A DNA stretch of 64,000 bases from an uncultured Alphaproteobacteria bacterium. Its GTDB lineage: Bacteria; Pseudomonadota; Alphaproteobacteria; RF32; CAG-239. Positions within the stretch are counted from its first letter, which is position 1, and each line of letters starts with the position of its first letter. This document shows, one piece after another, positions 37,746 through 46,200 of this stretch. The stretch covers positions 5,972-69,971 of the forward strand of contig CASDOS010000034.1 in assembly GCA_949282205.1 (NCBI GenBank). Direction: 5' to 3'. Below the pieces are notes generated by a model. The model saw nothing but the letters and a program-made list of their open reading frames with translations. It was not told where the DNA came from and ran no database searches. Made by a program: the position numbers and the translations under genes.

Positions 37746-38897
37746 ATGGTTAGAACAAAAGTTTTGGGTTTGATTATATTAAGTTGTGCCATAATGACAT
37801 GTAAACCCGCAAAAGCGTTTTGGCCTGTAATGGATTTTAGCGAAGTTCCGGTAATTATATCTAAAGTAACGACAGCACTTGATGCATTGGCAGAAAATAA
37901 AGAGCAATTAATGAAGATGAATGGCGCATTAGAAGCTATGGGAAAAAGTATAGATAATATTGCGCAATTTGGTCAAGATTTAAGGGGGCTTACAAAAGAT
38001 ATACAAGATGTCGCCAATAATACTGTTGATGGGGTGAATGAAAATTTGGGAACAGACATTGAAATTCCCGAAAGTGTAAATAACGGATTTACAGTAACAA
38101 ATGAGGCTTTGGGAGATGGATTAGGAGATATAGTTAATCAAACTCAAGATACGTTAAAATTCGGAGAAGATATAATAGATGAGAGCGCATCGGGAATTGA
38201 TACCGCCCAAAAAGGAGCAAATCAGGCCAACGAAGGACTGAAGAAGTTAGAAGAAAAGAATGAAGAAGAAAAAGCCAAGAGGGAAGAAAAACAAAGTCAG
38301 ACGGAAGAACCCGTAGAAGAGGAGGAAGAAGAGGAGGAAATTGCAGAGGATACAAACGACATCATGAAAGAAGAAATTATGGTAAACATTGATGCGTTTG
38401 AAAGTGAAAGTAAACAATTAATAGCACAAATGAACGATGTTTTAGATACGGCAATTAATACGCTGAATAAGTCAGCACAAAATACCCAAAAATTATTAGA
38501 TAATTTGGGAAAAACCGTAAGAGCAACAGAACAACTGGAAGAAAGCGATAAAGAAGCATTGCTCCAGAGAATAGAAAAATTAAAAACACAACATCGAAAT
38601 ATATCGGATAAAACAATAGCTATTGTTGAAAATGCAAAAGAAACTTATAACCAAGAGTATGAGGATAAACTCATAGATGGATTAGTAAATTATAGAAATA
38701 CGGTTGAGATGTATCTCAGAGGAGATATAAGTAAGGAGATTGTAATAAAAAAAGGCGAGGAACTGAAATTAGCCGTTAAGCAAATTGATACAACCATAGA
38801 TAAAGAAACATTAGAAATGCAAAATCAAGAAACAGAAAATATAAAAAAAGAAATAAAAGCAATAGCAGCAGAAATAGGCACAAAGAAAAAAAGGTAG
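37746..38897 (+). CDS. secreted acidic coiled-coil protein with VirB5/TrbJ-like N-terminus (array member 1)
   Basis: Signal peptide ...KPAKA, then FWPVMDFSEVPVIISKV. The protein is highly charged and helical and includes an E8 run. Confidence 0.6.
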   Translation: MVRTKVLGLIILSCAIMTCKPAKAFWPVMDFSEVPVIISKVTTALDALAENKEQLMKMNGALEAMGKSIDNIAQFGQDLRGLTKDIQDVANNTVDGVNENLGTDIEIPESVNNGFTVTNEALGDGLGDIVNQTQDTLKFGEDIIDESASGIDTAQKGANQANEGLKKLEEKNEEEKAKREEKQSQTEEPVEEEEEEEEIAEDTNDIMKEEIMVNIDAFESESKQLIAQMNDVLDTAINTLNKSAQNTQKLLDNLGKTVRATEQLEESDKEALLQRIEKLKTQHRNISDKTIAIVENAKETYNQEYEDKLIDGLVNYRNTVEMYLRGDISKEIVIKKGEELKLAVKQIDTTIDKETLEMQNQETENIKKEIKAIAAEIGTKKKR

Positions 38898-38969
38898 TTT
38901 ATTAACGCATTATCAATAAGTTTAGGATAATTAGTAAATAATGATATAGATTATTAGGGAGGGCGCGAT

Positions 38970-41153
38970 ATGATAACACGGATAATATCCAAAGCAGTAA
39001 AAGGGACAATGATAATAAGTCTTTGTCTGATTTTAAGTGTGCGCTCGGCAAAAGCCTTTGTTTGGCCTGTAATAGACTTAACGGAAATAGTTTCTTTTGT
39101 AAACAGTATTACGACGGGGCTAAACCAAGTAACAAATGCAAAGAGTCAATTAGATAATATAACGAACGTTGTAAAAACGATAGGAGATCAAGTTTCCTCC
39201 GTAAGAAAATATATGGCAGATTTAAAAGGCACAATAAAGAACATCAAGGACAATGTTGAAAGAATAACGACAAATATTAAAGATACGACAAATAATCTTG
39301 ATGACATAGCCTCAGACGTTAATAAGACTTTAGATGATGATTTAAATAAAGAGGAAGAGAATGCTGCAAATACAACAGAAGCGATAGAGGATCAGGTAGA
39401 TTCGGGAGCAACCGAGGAAGAAGTACAAGAAACATTAGATGAAGCAAAAGAAGAATCAGCAGCAAACAAAGAAGAAACAGATAAAGTGCTAGACAAAGCG
39501 GAAGAAACAATAAACGATTCTATGGAAAAAGCACAGACTGCTTTAGATATGTTAATGGATACAATAAATAAAAACGGTGATTTGAATGAAACCGATAAAA
39601 CAAGATTGAATGAAGAGGCAAATAGTATCAAAGAGGATATAGAAGACTTAAAAGAAACCGCCTCAAATGCAATAAGTAGTGTGAAAGAAGAATTTGATGC
39701 GCTTTATAGTGAAGAGATTTCAGCCGCATTTGATACATATAGTCAAGCAATAAGTGATTACTATGCTGGAAAAATAGATAGAGAAGGTCTAAGCAAAGCA
39801 GGCGAAACTTTCAAAACTGATATGTCGGGGTTAGAAGTAGGTATAGATACCAACATAATAGACAATATAGTAAAAAGCGCACAAGACATAGCAGGTAAAA
39901 TAGATGCATTTGAAGAAGATTTAATGAATAGCATAAGCAATTCAAAAGGATATTCAGATGGCAGTGAAGAAGCAAATTGCGAAAGACTAATAACAAGAAA
40001 ATATGCATTTAACTATGTTTCGGATTATGAGCATCAATTATTAAAAGGAGTATACGCCGATGATGCCGATAAAAGTTTTTTGCTATCAAAAGAATTGGCC
40101 TGTGACAATTTAGATGTTTCTAAAATAGAAGAAGATCCGAGTGATTTTAGAGAATGCGTAGTAAAGGCAAAAGCGGAAGTAGAATTATATCCGGATATAT
40201 ATGAAGAATCCCTCTACAAGGACTATCAAAAAGATGGTATATATAAGCATTTGCGTGAAGATTACAGTATAGCAAACATAGTAAGTGTCAGCAAAGCAAA
40301 ACAATTTTCAGCGACATGGGGTTCATTAGAACCGGACAATGATACCAATAAAGGAACATTGTATGTTTTAAGAAAGACATTAAAGGATGTAGATAATACC
40401 CGCGCCGGATATCAATTAATGGGAATGACGGATATAGAATCCCCTAAATTATGGAGTGAAATACGGAGAGTAGATGCTTTGAAACGCGCTAAAGGGGTAA
40501 TTCAAGATTTCGAAACAGGAATAACATTATATCTAGATGGTAGAGATGAAGATTTTGTAGAAGCAACAAATAAAAATTGGGGAACGATGCAAGCTGACGA
40601 CAGAGATAATGATGAGAGTGAAGCGGTAATAGACAAAGCTATTTTTTCGAATGTAATAATGTATAAATGTGGCTTAAGAGCAAAAGACATTTCGGTATCA
40701 GAAAAGAAAAAAGCAGATATGTCAGCGATAGCGGAAAAAGAAAAAAACATAGCAGATTGCTTATATAAATATGCATTAGAAGCCAGTAGAGGCTCAGAGA
40801 TAGAAAAGAAGGTCGGACGTGAAAATCAAAGAAAAGCCTATAATGACTCTGCATTTAACAATTTAACATTAGCGACAATAAATAATTACAAATCGAGTTT
40901 AGATTATGTAGATCCTGAGAAGTTACCAGATCCAAGCAAAGACAAGAACATAGTAAGTTTGCAAGACGGCTTAAAAGAAAGTACGACAACAAAAGATGAC
41001 TACTCTATTGGCGCGCAAATTAATTATTATACAACGCAGCAAATATTAAGTGTTGTTGATGCTGATGCACAAAATCAGCAAACAGAGATTTTAAAAGATA
41101 TAGAAACATTTAACTATAACTACTTTGGTCAACAAGAGGAAGGAGAAGTATAA
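38970..41153 (+). CDS. secreted acidic coiled-coil protein with VirB5/TrbJ-like N-terminus (array member 2)
   Basis: Signal peptide ...RSAKA, then FVWPVIDLTEIVSFVNSI, clearly paralogous to member 1. 727 aa with no internal TM. Confidence 0.6.
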   Translation: MITRIISKAVKGTMIISLCLILSVRSAKAFVWPVIDLTEIVSFVNSITTGLNQVTNAKSQLDNITNVVKTIGDQVSSVRKYMADLKGTIKNIKDNVERITTNIKDTTNNLDDIASDVNKTLDDDLNKEEENAANTTEAIEDQVDSGATEEEVQETLDEAKEESAANKEETDKVLDKAEETINDSMEKAQTALDMLMDTINKNGDLNETDKTRLNEEANSIKEDIEDLKETASNAISSVKEEFDALYSEEISAAFDTYSQAISDYYAGKIDREGLSKAGETFKTDMSGLEVGIDTNIIDNIVKSAQDIAGKIDAFEEDLMNSISNSKGYSDGSEEANCERLITRKYAFNYVSDYEHQLLKGVYADDADKSFLLSKELACDNLDVSKIEEDPSDFRECVVKAKAEVELYPDIYEESLYKDYQKDGIYKHLREDYSIANIVSVSKAKQFSATWGSLEPDNDTNKGTLYVLRKTLKDVDNTRAGYQLMGMTDIESPKLWSEIRRVDALKRAKGVIQDFETGITLYLDGRDEDFVEATNKNWGTMQADDRDNDESEAVIDKAIFSNVIMYKCGLRAKDISVSEKKKADMSAIAEKEKNIADCLYKYALEASRGSEIEKKVGRENQRKAYNDSAFNNLTLATINNYKSSLDYVDPEKLPDPSKDKNIVSLQDGLKESTTTKDDYSIGAQINYYTTQQILSVVDADAQNQQTEILKDIETFNYNYFGQQEEGEV

Positions 41154-41851
41154 TGAAAAAGAAGGTATGGGTAATTCTCTTTCTCTCAATGTTTGTATAT
41201 ACACGAGAAGCGTATGCAATATTTGATATTATGGCAACAGTTCAATCCATTCTGGAGCGTTACAAAGATGTCGAAAACAAGGTTCAGGAATATCAGAAAA
41301 AACTAAGAGATGTTGAAAAAAGAGCAAGGCAAGGGTTTGATTTAGCAAGCAATTGTTATAAAAATCCGACCAAATGTGATGCCAAAGCGATAGAGGCATT
41401 TAGCAAAGATTCTGAAAGCTACGTTAAAAGTTTAAAAGAAATAAAAGTAATGCCCGGCGCAGAAGAATTAAAAGAAGGCGATTTAAAGAAAAAGAGTGAC
41501 AGCAGCTTAGCGCAAACAGTAGAGAACGCGTACATATATAAGAGAGGTCAAGGACAAGATATAGAAAAGACAGCAGAAAATCGTCGATATTTAAATGCGA
41601 TAGTCGCGGATGATACGGCATTATTATTTGCAAAAGGGGTATCTGCGCGTCAAAGTATTTTAGTAGAAGATGGTTCACTTTATCAGTCAGAATTTAAGAA
41701 TGAGAATATGGATGAAATATTGAATGCGCAAAATATAGTAGCGATAGCTACGGAACAAAGATTAAATAGGATACTGGAAATGCGAGCATACATGACGAGT
41801 GCAGGATCGACAGCCGAATTAACACAACAAACCAGAGAAGCGGATGAATAG
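41153..41851 (+). CDS. VirB5/TrbJ-like protein (array member 3, canonical VirB5 size)
   Basis: 232 aa. Signal peptide ...REAYA, then IFDIMATVQSILERY, an all-helical charged body, and a TAATG overlap with member 2. Confidence 0.55.
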   Translation: MKKKVWVILFLSMFVYTREAYAIFDIMATVQSILERYKDVENKVQEYQKKLRDVEKRARQGFDLASNCYKNPTKCDAKAIEAFSKDSESYVKSLKEIKVMPGAEELKEGDLKKKSDSSLAQTVENAYIYKRGQGQDIEKTAENRRYLNAIVADDTALLFAKGVSARQSILVEDGSLYQSEFKNENMDEILNAQNIVAIATEQRLNRILEMRAYMTSAGSTAELTQQTREADE

Positions 41852-43208
41852 GAGAAGAACAATGAAGAAAGCGATATTAATCATCTGCATGACATTAGGT
41901 ATATATATAAGTAGCATACATCCAGCGCAAGCGTTAATAATAGATGCGTCGGCATTAGCAGCTAAGATTAGTGAATGGGTAGGCCGAATAGCTGATGCAA
42001 CAACAAAGATTTCCCAACAAGTATCACAAGTCAAGCAAATGAGTTCACAAGGATTTAACAAAGAAGAATTATACAATATAGCCGAAGAATACGCAACGGA
42101 ATATGGTAAAAACTTACTTCAAACTAAAATGAAAAAGGTTGTAGAAGGAACTAAAAAGAAGAATAAAGACAAGTTGGAAACAGATAAAGAAGCCTATGTA
42201 ACATCCAAAAATTTATACTACGATGAAAAGATAGCGATAATGGATGAAAGTATAAAAGAAACAGAAACGACCAAGACGCAAAAACAAAGTGAATTGATGT
42301 TAAAGAAAGCCGAGGTAAATCAGAAAAAAGACTATTATGAAAGTGTAAGAGGTCAGTTATCAATAGAAGCGCAAGCATATGATGAGTATATAAAAGCCGA
42401 GATGGAATATCAGGAATTAGAAACGGCATGCAAGGAATTAGATGAATTATTGCTGTCATTGGAAGCGCAGAAGAGTAAATTAGAAGAAGAAAAGGCGAAA
42501 GTAGGTACATCGGACGATCCGGAATATGTTTTATACGAAAAACGACTGGAAGAGATGGAACAAGAGATTGAAGAAGCCGATGGAGAAGGTGGAGCGGAAG
42601 ACATAGTAAATAAATCAGGCGGCAATGATGCTGAATGGGATGATGAAAACATTGTAAACAGTTTTTCGCCAACGGAAAAGGATTATACGGACTTTATAAA
42701 AAGATATTTTTACAATCCCGAAGATTTGTCAGCAAGCGGAAGCAATGCGCGAGTTGAAAATCAAACTAAAATAGATGCGGCAACACGAGAGCGTCGTTTC
42801 TTACTAGTAAACAGTGCTGCGCATTTATTACAAGTTTCCGCATCGTTAAGACGAGAAATTCCTGTTCGCAGTGAAATAATAGATGAGATGTTTCAAAATA
42901 CGCCTAAAGCGCCCGGAGAATTAGAAGCGATATCTTCATATTCGGCAACAAGAATAGAAAGTATGAAAGCTCTATTAATGTACGCAAAATTACAAAGTGC
43001 GAGATTACAATATATGGCAGCAAAGCAATTGCTAAAAACCAATGTTTCAAAAGTTCCGAACGGAGAATATTTGAAATTTGATTTAGAAAAATACATTCTG
43101 ACAAAAGAAGATGTTGATAATGCGATAGAAGAAGCAAATAAAACCAGTAAAAATATAGATGATACATTTAAAGTAAATGTGGGAGACTACCAATGGTTAA
43201 AGTATTAA
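41844..43208 (+). CDS. secreted coiled-coil protein with VirB5/TrbJ-like N-terminus (array member 4)
   Basis: Signal peptide ...HPAQA, then LIIDASALAAKISEWV. 454 aa, charged and helical. It overlaps member 3 by 8 nt. Confidence 0.55.
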   Translation: MNRRRTMKKAILIICMTLGIYISSIHPAQALIIDASALAAKISEWVGRIADATTKISQQVSQVKQMSSQGFNKEELYNIAEEYATEYGKNLLQTKMKKVVEGTKKKNKDKLETDKEAYVTSKNLYYDEKIAIMDESIKETETTKTQKQSELMLKKAEVNQKKDYYESVRGQLSIEAQAYDEYIKAEMEYQELETACKELDELLLSLEAQKSKLEEEKAKVGTSDDPEYVLYEKRLEEMEQEIEEADGEGGAEDIVNKSGGNDAEWDDENIVNSFSPTEKDYTDFIKRYFYNPEDLSASGSNARVENQTKIDAATRERRFLLVNSAAHLLQVSASLRREIPVRSEIIDEMFQNTPKAPGELEAISSYSATRIESMKALLMYAKLQSARLQYMAAKQLLKTNVSKVPNGEYLKFDLEKYILTKEDVDNAIEEANKTSKNIDDTFKVNVGDYQWLKY

Positions 43209-46200
43209 GAATGCTACAAAATCTGATCTTAGGTGTACTTATCTTAGGTTCAGGAATTCAAGAGGCCAAAGCATTTTTCTTATTGCCACCGATGCCATGG
43301 GATATAGAAGTGGATGTACCGGCCAATGCCAATAAGATAGTGTCCAATGCAAAAACACTATATCGTCAAGCTCAAACCATAAAGTCTGAATTAAACAGTC
43401 AGAAATTGGAAATTCTGAAAAAAGGACAAGCCTTTTTAAATACAAAATTTAAAAAACAAGAAGAAGGTGGAAAAAACAAAGCCCCGGGGAGAGGGGAGCT
43501 TCGCAATAGTAGTCTGCTGAAAATAACGGAACACGGATTGAATGAAGAGGAAAACTTCAACGCATTTCATACATTATTTTTGGTATATCCGCCCAAGAGT
43601 TCATATCCTGACAACTATCCGGCAGCCAAAGTTGCTTATATGCGTAAAGCTGATGAGTACAAGCAAGATGTGATTATGGAAACATACTTAACCGGTCGAG
43701 TAACAGAAAATTACCTAGCCTTAGTAGAAAAAACAATTGAGCGCTTAGATCACTGCCAAAAAGGCTTATACACCGAGGCGGAGATGGCTGAACATTGTGT
43801 GTTTTTCGGTTTACAAATGGCCTATGTGGAGCCGAAGAAAGAAAACCTAGACAATGAAGGAAGTCCGGAAGAGAGTACAAATCCCGGACAATATGGAGAA
43901 GTTCTGAATGCTTACATTGTAACAACCGTTTACGATAGGCTAATGCGTATCGTAGAGGATTTAACAGGTACGGAGGCTCAATTCATATCAGCGATACAAA
44001 TTGATAGTGTAGATCCGCTAGAGCCGGAGGAACAGAGTTCTGCGGAGGAATATATTGAAAAAGGATATAAGTTTGCATATAACGAGAGCAAGACATACGC
44101 TTTAGCGACAGGACAGATGTTGGGCGGAAATTATATTCGTAGTCAAGAGTGTGCAAACGGTGGAAAAAATTGTCCTGACGAGAACGAAGATGTAGCCGAG
44201 ATTAAAAATACGGATGACACGGCGATATTAGGTAAATTACTACCGATTGATGAGCAATTAAGAAATGCAATGAATTTGCACAATTTAAAATCAAAATTAG
44301 ACGAATATAAGACTCAATACAGAAAATACCTTAAATCAAAAGAAATACATGAAAGAATGATGAAGGTACTAAAGAAGAGTGAGGAAAGTGTAGTTAGTTT
44401 CTTAGATAGATACAGTGGCGGCAAGGGAGAAACGATTTGGTATAACGGAAATAAGCCGGCAAAAGTAAACGAGCACGAAAATCGCGGAGGTCTATCGAAA
44501 GAAGTAATTTTAGAATACCAAGAAGACACGACAGACAAGTTAATAGGTACGGATACTGGTGAGTGTGACGGATTTTATGAATCATGTCCGGATGGATATG
44601 AATTAGATAGTGGCAATCCATGCGTATATACAGATAATAATGGAAACAGCGTAACGAGCGCAACAATGTTTGCTTGTGTATTAAAAACCGTAACATCAGA
44701 CACCGATCCGGAGGGAGATCCGAAAGTTTCTTTTGAACCAAAATTAGAAGAAAACTACAGTATAGCGGGAGCGAACAATCAACGCGACTACAATGATACG
44801 GACTACTTTGAAGAAGGTAACCAAGCAGAAATCGTAGAAGTAGATAATCGTGTCAAAGCCGAGAAGAATTGGCGTATCGGCTATGATAAAATTATGAAAT
44901 TAACGGAAGATGGCACATTGAAATTTGAGCCGTGGAATGACCAGAAAAACCTACAAACAGAATATTTGCGCAACAAATATCGCAATATGAGAATGATAGT
45001 CAAAACAGCGGATCAAGGTCTATTATCGCAACGAGTAGCCAAAGTATTAGCTAATGAGAGCAAAAATATCGGCCCGATAGAAGAAGTATTACCAGCGGTA
45101 TCTGTCTGCAAATTAACGACAGACGCAACGGAAGATGCATTTAATCAAGACTGCTCAGACTATAGTGGTTCGTGCTCACAAGGAGGAGACACCGCATCGT
45201 GCTCTGGTACTAAGGTCCAACAATGCTATACATATGATTCGGAAGGAAATATAAGTTACTATTATGTGACATTATGGTGTAAAGTAGATGGTGATAACAA
45301 CACCGGAAAGATTAATGGTTACAAAGAAGTCGGATGCAGCAAGAGTACTGTCGGTATAAGTTACAGTCAGACGATTAAGAGTTTATCGGGAGGCTGCGAT
45401 TTCACAAAAGCCGGAAGTGATTATCACGCCGTCGAGGATACAAGTGAAACATGCCCGAGCAAATGGGATTTAACCACAAAATTCTTAGTACGCAGATACA
45501 TACCGGGTGTAACGGCAAGTTGGATAAATGGTGGCAGTTATGAATCCCAATGTCAGATGGATTTAGGAACAGAAACATTGGATAAAGAAAACACGCACTT
45601 ATATACAAATACCAACACAGCCGGAAGGGTTGTTGCCTCAGATCATTTCCAAGAGCTTATAGAAATGCGTAAAGAGCTTGAGAAAAAATTAAAAGCGATG
45701 GTTGATGAATATGAGAAGAGCATGCAAAGTCTAAAAGCAACGCTACGCGCAACAATTGCAAGCAGAAGTGAGTATGGTCAAAAACTAAGTGACAAGACGG
45801 ATGAAAAGAATGAGCTTGTGCAACAGCGCCAACGTTCATTAAAACGAGCAACGGCAATTATAGCGCAAATAGAAGAACTAAATACACGCGTCGAAGAATT
45901 GCAAGCACGTCTGGATGAAAGAAAGCCAACTCCCAAAAGTTTACAAAAGGAGATTGAATCACTAACAATTGGTGCCGGTGAAGATATGGATAAATTTGAA
46001 AATCCGACCTTAGCGCAGCGGATAGGACAGATTCCAGCCTTAAAAGAAGAGTTAGCTTTTATCTGTTACAAAGCACCGACAAACGACGATGATTATAAGG
46101 TATGCAAAGAATATAGTGGTACAGCTAATAAAGAAGAACCGTATGATGAAAATACGCGAGAAGAAGATAAATTCGAAAACGTAGCCGATTTACATACAAA

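Noticed and set aside
38296-38350. GAA/GAG-rich tract encoding EEPVEEEEEEEEIAED as a possible slipped-strand contingency locus
   Set aside because: The tract is an imperfect mix of GAA, GAG and GGA codons rather than a pure repeat, and it is in frame. It is more simply an acidic linker of the coiled-coil protein.
42151-42672. 173-aa minus-strand ORF (similar antisense ORFs occur at 25583-26071, 56985-57392, 58764-59159 and 44394-44741)
   Set aside because: All lie antisense within long, motif-supported plus- or minus-strand genes. Their composition is low-complexity or Leu/Ser/Pro-biased, as expected from antisense reading of GAA/AAA-rich or repeat coding sequence.
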